Source: Octopus vulgaris (taxonomy: Eukaryota). Taken from it: a stretch of DNA of 64,000 nt. Position 1 is the first letter of the stretch. Every line of letters starts with the position of its first letter. A model generated the notes under the pieces. The model ran no database searches and was not told the origin of the DNA. It saw nothing but the letters and a program-made list of their open reading frames with translations. The stretch lies in assembly GCA_951406725.2 (NCBI GenBank), contig OX597820.1, positions 71,548,001 to 71,612,000 of the forward strand. Direction: 5' to 3'. Below, piece after piece: positions 39,668 to 53,279 of the stretch. The translations under genes and the position numbers were made by a program.

Positions 39668-40333
39668 AATTTATGTAAATATATATTTATTTTAGTCTCT
39701 TAAGAAGCTGGTTTCTAAATCATATACCATCTCAGTTATTGGAATTTATATTTAAACAACGCTTTAGATGTCTACTATTTGACTTTACTGAATATATGTT
39801 AGATGCTTTATTTTTATGGTAGTGCCCCTCGACTTATTTTGAATAATTAGTAAAGTAACCAAGTTTGCCAAAATATACAGGTTAAAACATAAGTTTATGA
39901 TCTGCATAGAGAATTTGCTGGTTTCAAAGCATTTGTCAATAAATTTTCTCATTCTCATTGATTTTGAATGAAATGTTGACATCTGCTGGGCAGCTGGCAT
40001 CTACCGTAGTTCATGATTTTTGTTTTCCGTCCTAAATAAATATGTCAGACCTGTTGTGTTTGCTTTCATTGGAAGTTTTGTTTGGAATTTTCCATCAATA
40101 TTCTCTGTGTAGGAATGTATGACTGTACTCAATGCCAGAAATATTTTCCTATATTTACCCCAGGAAAGTCCATATGGATGTTATTATATACTGTGTTGTC
40201 AAGAAAAGGAAAAATAATAATTGATAACATACATTGCACAGTAGCTTTTGACCACGTGTGTAATGTATTCCATAGATATATGACATAAATGACATTTGAG
40301 TTACAACATGGGACTTCACTATTTCTTTTGTTC

Positions 40334-40364
<31 letters not shown>

Positions 40365-41124
40365 TGTATGTATGTATGTATGTGTGTGAGTGGGAAAGAG
40401 AGAGAGATTATATGTGACTTTTTCTTTCACTCTGTCATCCCCCTCTCTCTCTCATATTACTCTGCTGATAGGTCTTTCTCTTAGTGTCTCTATCTGTGAA
40501 TATTTATTGACAAAGGAGACTTGCCATGTTTTAGTTTGGCAACCCATGAATGCTGTGTGTCTCCTTATTTTGTGAAGATGCATATGTTTGCCTGTCTTGG
40601 CTAAGTGAATATTTATTTTCTTATGCTACTTTTATTTTTGCAGTTAAGCCATCAGTTTTAAACAACAAATTGCTCTCTTTCTCTATTGGACACCAGTCCA
40701 AGAACAACCATCTACAGGAATGCTGCTACCCAACAACCAGATCATGCTCACCCTCATATTAACATGTGTAACATGTTATCTTCATACCCACATTTACACA
40801 CATATTTCTTTCACATACTAGAAGAAAAACTGCATACTTGGCTGTTTTTTACAACTCCTTTTGATATGTTTATACATTGTGTGTGCATGTACGCCTCTGT
40901 GTGTGTGTGCGTGAGGCTGATATGCCAGGTCAAAGGTAGGACCTAGTATTCATTTCAGAAGTTGCTCCTTGTCCTACTTCACACGTGTTCTCCGTAGTGT
41001 GCAAGACTAAAGAAATGCAACTTATACATACATACATACATACATACATACATACATACATACATACATACATACATACACACACATACACACACACACA
41101 TACATACTTACATATATACATACA

Positions 41125-42228
41125 AATAGTGCAGATGGCCTTCAAATGCTGTATGGTATCATTCGAGATCACCTGCTAAACAACAGCAGCAAAAATAAAT
41201 ATATTAGTGTAGTCCTGAAGAAACACTCTCTTCCTGATGATCTCCTAGACAGCCCCAAAACAGCTGGGTTCTCTTACCTCAGAAAAGACCTGGATGGAAA
41301 GTATTCAGCATACAAAAAAAAAAAAGCCCACATATGGTTATGTTGTCCGGAAGCTTGAAGAAGACAGTAGAATTGATATAAAGTGCAGCCTCTCTTGGAC
41401 ACAAGACCACTACATCACATCACACTTTAAAGGCTATGTGTTTGCAATCCAGGAACAAGAGATTGTCACAAAGTACCTGGTGTACAAGAGAGACAGTAAT
41501 GCTCTTGTAATCCCAAGGTGCAACTGCATGTGTAGGCTATGTCATGTTTCTGTGGAAGATATTATGCATGGGATTAACAGCTGTCCTAAAATATCATCAT
41601 GGTACTACCTCCCTATGTGGCACAATGTTGTTGCTAAAACAATTTACAATGCCATCCACAAAAAAGACTGTCCTGAAATAAACTTAGAAAATCCCTCTGT
41701 TATGGAATACATTCATAAACACCAACCCAAGGAATACTGGTGGAATATTCCCATCAAAACGTCTGTCAAATGTAAACATAACAAGCCAGATATTGTTGTT
41801 TGGAACAGAGGGGCAAAGGTATGTACCATCATAGAAGTTAGCTACCCTGCAGATATACATATCTCTTTAAAAATCAAAGAAAAAGAGGATATCTATGGAC
41901 AACTGCTTTGAAGCCTCCAGCTTCTATATCCAGACTATGAATTCATATTCATATCAATAATAATTGAAGCACTAGGTTTTGTTAGTAAATGCTTAAAGGA
42001 GAATCTGGATAAACTGAGATTTTCAGAAAAAGAAGCTGACCAGCTAATTTGTACATTAGAAGTTCAATCTGTGAGTAGAACAGTAAAAATATGCAAGACT
42101 TTTCTCCAGTTCCAAATGTGAATTTGTCTGTGTTAACTGCATCCCAAAGATGGAGCCTTGTATCTTTGTTGGAAAGTGGATCCCTCCTCAGTGGAAGATT
42201 TATAATCGATAGAAAATAGAAGAGACAA
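41125..42228 (+). mobile_element. R4/Dong-like RLE non-LTR retrotransposon, 5'-truncated
   Basis: FAIQEQEIVTKY, CRLC..EDIMH..SCP (CCHC knuckle), HNVVAK, HNKPDIVVW..IIEVSYP..KEKEDIY (PD-(D/E)xK). Reading continues past the stop at 41911 (SLQLLYPDY..ALGFV..KICKTFLQF) to TGA at 42121. Confidence 0.9.
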
Positions 42229-42240
42229 CATATATATATA

Positions 42241-43095
42241 TAGGGACCACTCACTTGAGTCAATAGCCATAGGGTTGCTAACACATATAAAAATATAAAA
42301 GCAGGACGAGCAGTTGGTAATCAGAAATAGTTGCTGATGCGTTAAAAATGTCAATCAGATTTGGACCAAAACTAGTCGCTTGCATAGTCTGTCATATAAT
42401 ACAGGAAAAAGACACACCCTATCAACCCAAATGAGATGCAGTTCAGCATTGTACCAGGGAAGAGATTCTGCTGATGCCATCTTTTTAGTGGGACAGCTGC
42501 AGGAGTAGAATTTAGCTAAGAGTATAAATCTGTACCTAATTAGCAGTGGTACAGGGTTGTACTAAAAGCTTTGTACTCAGAGAAAGAATGGAGTAGAGGA
42601 AGTTCTAGAAATTATTACCTCTGCTGGCAAGCAAGAGTTTCTTTCTCAGAGTGAAGGACTTTATATTATTTGTGTATTTTGTGCAATATTACATGGTATC
42701 AAAATATGATCCTTGAATGTAGAGGATTTGCAAAAACTGGTGAGAAGTTTAGTAAATATGCTTTGCTAGTTGTGTATTGTTAGTGTACATAAATGATGGG
42801 GTACCAATAAACCTAGAGAAAAAGTGGATACAAGAAGATTTATATTTTGTGTATAAGAGAGAAAACTGTGATTGTGTGGGCATATAATATATATAGACAA
42901 TAGCTGTATACATTTATATGTCATCTCCTAGGTCTCCATTTTCAACAGGTTCCATCCTCTTTGAGTACCCAGTTTTGAAATCTGTGGAAAAGGGAGATCT
43001 AGGGAGAAATGAGATTAAATGGTGAAGACTGATCTGAAGATACTGAACCTTATGAAAAAGATAACAAGGGTCCATGTTGATTAGCAGTTGGCATT
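42241..43095 (+). mobile_element. Old, internally deleted RTE remnant
   Basis: EMQFSIVPG..ADAIFLVGQLQE (RT start); the later part resembles the C-terminal KTDLK.LNL; the 5' part shares gagtcaatagccat with the minus strand near 51450. Confidence 0.55.
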
Positions 43096-43159
43096 CTTGG
43101 AATTATCTACCTTCCTGCTCAATACAGTAGGCTCAAATCCTAAAACATATTGTTTATAC

Positions 43160-44185
43160 ATGTTTGCATGTTCCATGCTGGTACGGATTAGATGGTTTGA
43201 GGGTATCTGATGAGTCTAAGGTCTAAATCATGCTCCAGTGTCTGTTTTGGCCTGGTTTCTATGTTTCAATGCCCTTTCTAATGCTAATCACTTTATTGAT
43301 TGTACTGGGTGGGGGGGGGTGCCACCAGCACAAGTGAGTTTGCCATGAAGCTTAGAAGACAATAAATCCTGAGGGAAGGGATTGGATTTATGCTACGAGA
43401 TGAGGGATTGAAATATGAGACAAAGGAGCAGAGCAGGTTTCTTGCTATAGAGGATACACATGGCTCCTCTCATTTAGAAGAAAAGGTGAGATTGGTGGAT
43501 GGAGATGTAAGATATAAAATAGTGGTGTTGAAGTGTTTGGGTGGCTCCTCAAGATACATGGTGAGTGAAAATGAGTAGGGATATAGGAACCAGGAGTTTG
43601 GATTGGGAGATGCAAGTGTAAGGGATGAGAAATAGGTGGGGAGGTAGACAATAACTGTAAAGATTGGGTAGGGTTGAAGAGTGGATGTAGTGAATGATGT
43701 ATAAGAGGTGGAGGATTACTAATGAGTTAAGGGAGGCAGAGGGACGCAGAAAGAAGCAGGGGAAGAGTGGAATGATGGTAATGATGATAGAGTTGACAGG
43801 GGAAGAATGAGAAAGAGATTACATGTTGGGTAAATTTTGGGTCATGAGAGATAGATAGACAGACAGACAAAGAGGCAGGTGCAGTGAATGGTGAGAGATG
43901 TATGGTAGTGAGGAAAGACAGGTAATTTGGTGGTCCTGTGGTGGCAGAGGTTATCCATGTAAAGTGTGGGTGGAAAGAACAGTATGACTGGCTGAAGAAA
44001 GGATAACAAGTGAAGTGACTCTGAGTAACAAGAAAAATAAGCAGTGTCAAGGAAGAGCTTCCATGTGATAAATGATGAGTAGTGGGGTGTGATTTGAGAG
44101 GACATTAAATGAAAGGCCCATTTATGCATAAACATACTCATGGTGGGATGATTTGAGATGGTGACTGGGTCAAGAGTACCATTGT
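43160..44185 (-). mobile_element. Old RTE-tailed element with long purine-skewed body
   Basis: Diverged tail ttccatgctggtacggattagatggtttg..gccctttctaatgctaatcac; body motif gagcagagcaggtttcttg..agagga..catttagaag is shared with 19189-19240. Confidence 0.6.
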
Positions 44186-44207
44186 GTATATATATATATA
44201 TATATAT

Positions 44208-45562
44208 TGTAAGCTATGGACACATAAGATGTGCAGTAATATCAAAGGAAGGCTAACTGGAAAGATAGTTTTTGTATATGGCAGATGCTCGGGAGCAATA
44301 AACACTGAAAATGCGCAGAGAACAACTTCCGCCACATTCCAGAGAGAAAAACTAGAAGTAGTTGATAGCTACCATTACTTAGGTGACCAAGTCAGTAGCG
44401 GGGGAGGGTGTGCTGAAAGTGTAGCTGCTAGAACGAGAATAGCCTCGGCAAAATTCAAAGAGCTCTTACCTCTGCTGGTGACAAAGGGCCTCTTGCTCAG
44501 AGTAAAAGGTAGACAGTGAAACATGGGTTGTGACTGCTGAGGACATGTGTAAGCTTGCAAGGAATGAAGCCTGTATGATCCGTTGGATGTGTAATATCAG
44601 TGTGCATAATCGACAGTGTAAGCACCTTGAGAGAAAAGTTGGACCTAGGAAGCATCAGATGTGGTGTGCAAGAAAGGCAGCTGCGCTGGTATGGCCATGT
44701 GGCGAGAATGGATGAGGACAGCTGTGTGAAAAAGTGTCACACTCTAGTAGTTGAGGGAATGTGTGGAAGAGGTAGACCCAGGAAAACCTGGGATGAAGTG
44801 GTGAAGCACGACCTTTGAACTTTAGGCCTCACCAAGAAACCGACTAGTGACCAAGAATTTTGGAAATATGCTGTGCTTGAGAAGACCTGGCAAACCAAAT
44901 GAGACCATAACCTCGTGGCCTATGCCAGGAGCATAACCAGTCCACTTATGCATACCTTTTCTTTCTTTGGACACTAAACTCTGCTTGCGAAGACCTGTTG
45001 AGGCAAGTGAAATCGAAATCAAATTCGATAACTGGCATCCGTGCTAGCGGGGTGCAAAGGGCACCATACAAGTGTGATCATTGACAGAGCGGCTAACTGG
45101 CTTCCATGCCAGTGACACATAAAAGGCACCATTCGAGTGGGATCATTACCAGCATCGCCTTACTGGCACATGTGCCCCATGCTAGTAGGGTGCTAAGAGC
45201 ACCATTCAACCGTGATTATCGCCAGAGCAGCTAACTGGATTCCGTGCCAGTGGCATGTAAAAGGCACCATTCGAGCATGATTGTTACCAGTGTCGCCTTA
45301 TTGTCACTTGTGCCGGTGGCACGTGTAAAAACATTCGAGTGAGTTCATTGCCAGTACTGCCTGACTGGCCCCCGTGCCGGTGGCATGTAAAAGCACCTAC
45401 TACACTCTCAAGGTGGTTGGCATTAGGAAGGGCATCTAGCTGTAGGAACTCTGCCAGATCAAGATTGGAGCCTGGTGCAGCCATCTGGTTTGCCAGCCCT
45501 CAGTCAAATCGTCCAACCCATGCTAGCAAGGAAAGTGGACATTAAACGATGATGATGATGAT
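44208..45562 (+). mobile_element. 5'-truncated RTE LINE
   Basis: CKLWTHKMCSNIKGRL, VVDSYHYLGDQ, RWYGHVARM, GRGRPRKTW; about 6-7 UTR modules; (GAT)n tail; (TA)n on both sides. Confidence 0.93.
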
Positions 45563-45596
45563 TATATATATATATATATATATACATACATATTTA

Positions 45597-45790
45597 TAAT
45601 GATTTCAAATTTTGGTTCAAGGCCAGAAAATTCAGGGGATGAGTAAGTCGATTACATCAACCCCAGTATTCAACAGATATTTATTTTATTGACCTTGGAA
45701 GGATGAAGGGCAAAGTCAACCTTAGTGGAATTTGAATGCAAAACATAAAGGCAGATGAAATGCTGCTAAGCATTTCACCCAGCTCACCTA

Positions 45791-45791
<1 letters not shown>
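45597..45791 (-). mobile_element. MetaSINE-like SINE
   Basis: Minus strand: ttcaaattcc (B-box-like), then gttgactttgcccttcatccttccaaggtcaataaaataa, resembling the Meta domain GCCTTTCATCCTT..GGTCGATAAAAT. Weaker relatives at ~50190-50355 and ~60640-60820. Confidence 0.7.
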
Positions 45792-45824
<33 letters not shown>

Positions 45825-45869
45825 ATAATGCTTCCAAAATTCAGTTTTGCCTGAGTGGATGGGTCTTCC

Positions 45870-47125
45870 CATGAAAAATGCATTGTCAGTCATTCCAATC
45901 TCTTGTCATCTCTTCCATGAAGCTCAGGGTCCTGAGGTCAGCCTTCATCACATCATTCCATGTTTTTCTGGATTTTCCTTTTTCTCAAGCTCCATGCATG
46001 TTAAATGTTTGGTACTTTTTTAAACAACTCTCCTCGTTCATACACATCACATGTCCATATCTGTGGAGTCTTTCTTGCACTCTACATCTTTTTTATTTTA
46101 TGCCAATTTTTCTCTCAGCATATATGTATTATGTTGTTCATGCAGAGTTTGCACATCTAATGGAATATACTAACTTCATTTATTTCCAGTCTTCTCAAGT
46201 CCTCTGTATTCAAGGCCCATATTTCACTACAATATAGTATTGTTGTCCTAACACAAGCATCATACAGTCTGCCTTTCTTTCTAAGGGAAAAGACCTTTGT
46301 TGCCAACAACAGAAGTAGCCTAACTTGCTCTAACTACTATACCTTTGGAGCAATCACCTCTGTTGGTAATGAAAGTTTTCAACTATTTCTAGTGCGCCAT
46401 CTGGGTGTTCAAGAGTGTCTGTTTCTTGTGTGCTCATAGTACATAATACTCCAATGCATATATCTCTACTATTCTGCAAGAGATTGCATTATATCTCTTG
46501 TGTATACATAGCTTTCATTGGGTACAGCATATGAAGTTTATATTTATTCCTTATCAGCATCTTGAGCAAAGCCATTTCTTTGAAGTTTCTTCTCTACTTA
46601 TTAAACCTTCATCTTTACTAAATTTACTTTAAAACCTTTCAATTCTAGATTTCATTTCCATGCTTGGAATTTCCTTTCTAATTCCTACACAGATTCAGCT
46701 ATGTGAATTGGATCATCAGTATATAGGAGTTTCCATGGACAACCAGTTGTAAAGCCTTTGATATGACCTTTGGGACTATAATGAATCGAAGAGGACTGAG
46801 GACTGAGCCTTGATGGACTCTAACCCTCATGCCAAATTTGTTACTGAACCTTCTGTTGACTTTGACTCTACTTATTGTATCATTGTATATAGCAAGTACA
46901 GCTCTCATAAGCTTTTTGTCAATACCTTATTTCTTTAATGACCACCAAATTACTGTACATGTTACCCTGTCAAATGCCTTCTCCAAATCAATGAATGTAA
47001 GAATAATGGTGTACTCTTAGCTGAGTATTTATCCTGTAATTGCCTCTAGTAATTTTATCCAGGCATGAAACCAAATTGCATCTCATTTAGGTTTACCCTG
47101 TCACTTTGACTCTTTCCATGACATT
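45870..47125 (-). mobile_element. Old RTE RT and C-terminus remnant
   Basis: Minus-strand DLEKAFDRV, VHQGSVLSPL.FIIV, GCPWKLLYTDD, RKTWNDVMKADL. Confidence 0.85.
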
Positions 47126-50100
47126 TATAACCAGGACAACTTTGTGAGTGATGTATCCTAATTCTTTAGAACAAATGTCTCTGATCAAAAACTTGAATAA
47201 CATCCATTTTTTGTTTGTTCCAACAAATATTGGGCTTCCAGGAGAAAAAGTATTCTCTCTGAAAAGTGAATGGAATTTTGTGCATTCACTATATTTAATT
47301 TCACAGGAAAGGATTTCTTGAAACCACAAACAGACAAATGATCTGTCAAGTGTAGCCATTATCATTGCAATGGTTGCACATCAGCAACATTGGAAAACTG
47401 CTACTTCTGTAGTCTGTTTTGCCTGTGAGAGTTGCTTGTATTTTGGGCACTGCAACATTGTGGCTCATATTGTGGTCAACTATGTCCAAAGATACTAGGA
47501 AGCATACTTGGAAGAACATCTAAAATAAGTGCAGAAGAGCAAGTGTTGTACTTTGACCAGCTGTGATCATTGCCACAACCAACAAACCTACAGGAACAAA
47601 TTGAATAATGAAAGAAACAACTTTCTCAGATTGCCATAATGTATCTCATACAATTTAACATTGCATATCATAGCACAACCAAGTGGAGACATAATATATC
47701 TGGAGTATTGCAGCATTCAGCTGGCTACCTACATTCTGTATGTTCATTAAGATCGACATTGAATACACTACAACCTTTGTTATGCTGCCAACCTTGTAGA
47801 TCAGTTTGAGAAATGGAGAATTGTTTCAATTCCTCAAAAAAATTATTGTTATTTTGTGGTTGCTACTGTTTAAGTGAGTACTGATATTATCTTAGACAAT
47901 GATATTGTAATAATCAAAAGTGAAGGCATAGGACTCATTATCAAAATTGCCATTGGCACAAGTTATATAAATATGAAACCTGGATAAGATTTACAATGTA
48001 AGGAAAATTCTATGTTGCAGCCAACACATTTAAATGTAATGGATTTTATGGACTCTACCTTTGATATTTCTTCAAATTATTGCTGAATATCTCACTTGAA
48101 TGGTTTTTCTGAAGACGTGGATATGATATAAACAGGTATTGACAGTTATAGCATTTAAATGTTTGTATGAAATGAGCTGTGTTTTGGGGATACCTTGCTA
48201 GACACCTTGTTATAGTGCAGTTTTTGTTGTTTTGCATACATTATACAATCAATGTTGTCATATGATTTGTGTCTTATCATAACACTAGTTGTTGACCTCA
48301 CTGGGTGTAGTTATTTTTCTAGTAGTTCAGCACTGTTAAAATGTACAAATTTTGTTGGTTTTGGAAAGATGTACACCAATAACAAAAGAGGTTGAAAAGA
48401 TCAGGAAAAGTGTTAAATTTGTAGAACAATGTAAATCATATGAATAGGCAAAAAGGATGTAAAATATTTAGAAAATCTGAAAAACAACAAAAAGCATCTT
48501 TGTTTTACAAAGCAATACAAAATATTTAAACATATCATCAAAAGTAGGCTAATATCACTGAATTCTTTTTCAGCCTGATAATGTAATTGAAAAAAAAAAG
48601 TTCTATTGAGTACCATTTGAATCATGATGGAATGAAATGTTTCTAAACTATTCATTATCTCTTCTTCTAAAGAATTAGCCAGTCACTTGAATAATGAGTC
48701 TAATGAACAGCTTCTTTCTATAACTGTTTACTTGTTAAAGCTTTAGATATTTGTTTTTTATCCCAAATTTTATAATTAATGTATTCTTGCTATTACTACT
48801 CTAATATAAATTAAACATATGAATAAGTTGTAATGGTTCAATTAGATTTTATTAGATATAATCTAACTTTTACCTCACATTTACTAGTAATTGTAATTCT
48901 TATAGATTTGAATAACATCTGAGGATACCTATTTATATTCTTTATTTACTCTGATTAATTAATTTGTTTTTAATTACATTTGTACCTGCAGCGTAATAAT
49001 ATTTTGCATTATAATCCATGAGATTATCTCTTTTTTACATGATCTATTCAAAATAGAAAGTTGTAAATAAACTCATTCACAGTTATCAACTTAGAATTAT
49101 TTCAGCAGGTTAAATCTTAATATTTTAGTATAAATATTTGGCACCATCATATATGAGAGCTATGATTATAATTATTTGAAAAACTAATGCAAGGAAATGT
49201 TGAATAATTTCTAAGTAGTTATTATATAAATAAATAATAGTTCTTGAGTTGAAAGCATTGATCATTAAATCATTAGTTAAGATTCAGTCTATAACCATAA
49301 ATTTTGGAATTACGAAAATAGAACTTATAATTAGAAATAATTACCTGCTTGTGAATAAAGTCAATTTCATGATCTAATTTTTCATGTCAGAATGGGTTGG
49401 ATGGGCATAAAAATATAATAATTTTTATGAATTGTTTGAGTTAAGCATTTTGAATATATTGAGATTTAACACTTAAAGGATATATTTTATCAGTTAAAAA
49501 TGGCAATGTGAAATTTAGCATATTTATCAACAATAAACATACTGAGAGGTAGCAAAGTTTTGGTACAAATGACTTTAACATTTTCACATCAGAATGAGCT
49601 TTTTATACAAATGAATTTTAAAATATCTATTTCCTAGTCCCAAATTTGATCTTTCAAGTAACCCTAGGAAATTTTGTTCTTACAATAAATTATTGAAAGA
49701 AATAAAGGTATATTCATTCCTCTCTTGCAGTAAAATGCTAAGTGTTGTTATTTCATGTAATTTAGTGACATGATGCAACACCTGGGAAGGTATTTAGGCA
49801 TAACCCTTTCATAATCATATTTCTGTTGAAATACACCACCTTTGCTTCAATAAGCAGCATGGAATTTTGATAGAAGGTTTTAATTTAAATCACTTTAAAA
49901 GAGGAAGTTTCCATCACAGAACCAGTGACAGTCTCAGATAGTTTGGTACAAAAAGGAGTAAGCATCTTTGGTTAGTGACACAGTGTATCAGTCACTTGTA
50001 TTGTTTTCCTTCAAAAATTAATATAGTTGTTTATTTATGATGAAGATAGCAATATTTTATAAAGGTTATTTGGCTTTTAAATGATTCACAAAGACTTTTA

Positions 50101-50431
50101 TGGTCTATTTTAGTTAAAATGATAGTTGTAATGTCAGAACAAAATATTCATGAAAGAATATTAATTCTAGGTAAATTCAGTAGAGCTCTAGACAAATAGC
50201 TTGCCATATTTAGTCATGTCCATTACCTTATGGGTTCATATCCTGTCTAGATCAAATTTGCCATTTATTTATTTATTTATCTATTTATTGCAGTTGATAC
50301 CATTCATGTCTTGGAGTCATCTGTAAATTACATATGCCTTGTGCTTATATTAGAAATTTCTAGATGCCAGTTTTATATGTTCCTATATCAGAGTAAAAAC
50401 AATACCAAAAAAAAATGATCACACATATTGA

Positions 50432-50552
<121 letters not shown>

Positions 50553-50630
50553 CATTTTGTATCTTATGTAAATTTATCTCTATTTTGTATCTTATCTAAA
50601 TTAACTATTGCTTAACCATTTTCTCACACT

Positions 50631-50678
50631 GTCTCCAATGAAAGGATATAATAAATATCCTGGAAACAGCTGTAAGAC
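50631..50678 (+). ncRNA. Degenerate minimal type I hammerhead ribozyme-like motif (Penelope pLTR type)
   Basis: gtct-ccaatga-a-aggatat-aataa-atatcct-g-gaaac-agct-gta-agac: stem I, altered core, 7-bp stem II, GAAA and palindromic stem III. Confidence 0.6.
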
Positions 50679-51269
50679 CTATTTATAAATGTTCTAAAAT
50701 CTTCACAGCCTTGGTTTTATTTATATCATTCTGAAAAAAAAATTTATATACATATTTCTTATTTTTCTTAATTGCTCCTAGTCTGTAATATAACTTCACA
50801 ACAACAGAATCAGTCCCTTGCCATCCTTGCCCAACAGTTTAAACCTATGGTCACTATCAACATACTGTATTAAATCCAATAGAAACAGAATTCATTTAAT
50901 GAAATACTCCTTATAATAACATCTGACAAGACGCTTCTGCAGTGAGGGATGCACCACAACTAGTTGTATACTTATCCACCGGCAAGGATTGATGCAGGAT
51001 GTGTCAAAACAATCAATGTAAGCAATAAAGTTTCCCTTGTATTACATTTTCCATCTTTATCGTTTGTTATATTTGTGTATATATTGTGGCTGCCCCCTCA
51101 TTATCGAGTATCGCCATTGCACGAAGCTTAATCAATGATGTTATCATGCAATGTCTGTGCAAGAAGATTTTTTTTAAAGTGAGGAAGGGCTGTGCACTGA
51201 GTCAATCCCACTCACTAAGCAATAGCAGCCATAATCCGAAACGAAGAACAACTCAACATCATTGGTAAC

Positions 51270-51636
51270 CACTGAGCCACAGGTTTTATGTCGGAGTTAT
51301 CCCAGTTACCTGAGTTATCTTCTCCTAGAAGGATGCCCTAACAAAGGCTAGGAGTCCTTCACTCCAATGGTTTAACCGTGCGATCGGATATTCAGTCCGA
51401 TTATTTCTATGTCCTTGCGCATGATACAGCCTTAAGGCATTTATCAGATGGCTATTGACTCTCAAGAGTTCCTCCGCCCTTTGACGGGTTTTGTTTTTCA
51501 TCCTGCAGGGTGTCCAATAAACACCCTCCTCACCAAGCAAGCTGGGGGGGGGTTGCCAGTTTAGTCACCGATGACCCGACCATGCAACAGGTTGTACTGG
51601 TTACATGTTACCAGTAGCACTCAAAAGTGACCTGTC
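51270..51636 (-). mobile_element. Probable isolated RTE 5' UTR segment
   Basis: Minus-strand ctagcctttgttagggcatccttctaggagaag resembles a motif I recall from RTE 5' UTRs (CTAGCCTTG..GGCA.CC..CTAGGAGAAG). GC-richer than its flanks and abuts (TA)n. Confidence 0.5.
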
Positions 51637-51639
51637 ATA

Positions 51640-51690
<51 letters not shown>

Positions 51691-51693
51691 GTA

Positions 51694-52288
51694 ATCATCA
51701 TCATTATCATTTAACATCTGTTTTCCATGCTGGCATGGGTTAGATGGTTTGACAGAAAACTGGAGACCTGCACCAGGTTCTGATCTGATTTGGTAAGGTT
51801 TCTAAAGCTGGATGCTCTTCCTAACACCAACCACTCTGAGAGTGTAGTTGATGTCTTTTACATGCCACCAGCTTGGGTGCCATTGACCTGACATCAACAT
51901 CAGCCATGACTATGGTCTCACTTGACTTGACAGGTCTATGCAAACATAGTGTATCACCAAAAGTCTTGGTCACCTGTCACTGCCTCTATGAGGCCCAATG
52001 CTTGAATGGTGCTTTTTGCATGCCACCGGCATGGGCCATGACTATGATTCACTTGGCTTGACAGGTTTTCACATGCACGGCATATCACTCAAAGGTATCA
52101 GCCTTGACTATGATCTCACTTGGCTTGATAGGTCTTCTCAAGCACAGCATATCACCAAAGATCTTGGTCACTTGTCATTGCCTCTGTGAAGCCCAAAATT
52201 CTAAGATCGCACTTCAACATTTCGTCCCATATCTTCCTGGGTCTACCTTTTCTACAGGTTCCCTCAACCATTATAGTGTGACACTTCT
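51694..52288 (-). mobile_element. 5'-truncated RTE with duplicated 3' UTR segments
   Basis: KCHTIMVEGTCRKGRPRKIWDEML; (CAT)n tail next to (TA)n; the block gactatg.t.cact(t)g.cttgacagg occurs three times. Confidence 0.85.
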
Positions 52289-53279
52289 GTGTGTGTGTGC
52301 ATGCATGTGTGTGTGCGTGTGTGTGTGTGTGTGTGTGTGCATGCATGTGCATGCATGTGTATGTGCAGCATCTCCTATCCAATAGAAATGGTAGCTTTTA
52401 AGGACATTGATACTTAATTTCTTTTTAACTATATCACTGATTCTTCTCTAACCAGACCATTTGTCATGAACCATTCAATATATCCTTTGTTCTGCAAGAA
52501 ATAAGGCATTATTTTGTATTCTCATACATAGTAAATTTCTGTTTTATTTTAATGGTGCCTGCCTAGCTCATACTGCAATACATGTGAAATGAACTGTAAC
52601 TTCCTGACAGTTACTGGCAAAATTATTCATTTTTGCGGTATAATTTCTCAAGCATACTGTCGTGATAATTGTTTACCGGCATTGTGAGAGACTCAAAGAA
52701 TTCTATCAAAAAGATATCTTTCAAGTTGTTAAATTTTGGTCCTAAGTCATCTTTGATTAAACAGACCTATGATCAGTAGTGTTCCAACCATATCCACCCT
52801 CTTGGTACAGTGCAGTTAGTACCACATTATTCAATCCATCTTCCTTTTCTATGACTATAGGTTGTGATTTGGGGGAGATTTGGCTGCTATATCTACCAGC
52901 TCATGTAACCATGCAGAAATCATCTCTTTGTCAAGTAAAAATGCATGATATCTTAGTTTAATCAATTCAGGAACTCAGTACTATCTTCTCAGTGCAATCC
53001 ATTTTGATGTACTTAGTAGATGTACCGAGAAATTGAAGCGTGTGCACTATTCAGAGATAGCAAATAAGAAAAAATGATATGTCTAGTGTGAGAGGTGATT
53101 GTAATCAAAGTATTGTTACAAGGATAAGAAAGAGTGTACAGAGCATGTAATGTTCTCTCTTAGGTACTTACTTCGATAAGTTTCAGTCAGAATTGGCCCT
53201 GGTCATGACTAACTTAATAGCACCACCTGGAAAAAACTTAATGATATTCCACATTACAGTCCTTCTTTGGCATCATAGC

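Noticed and set aside
47340-48320. Possible piggyBac-like remnants
   Set aside because: Only vague Cys/His hints; I could not confirm TIRs, TTAA or catalytic motifs.
51500-51550. HDV-like ribozyme suggested by ccctcctcac
   Set aside because: P3 and P1 pairings could not be formed around the motif.
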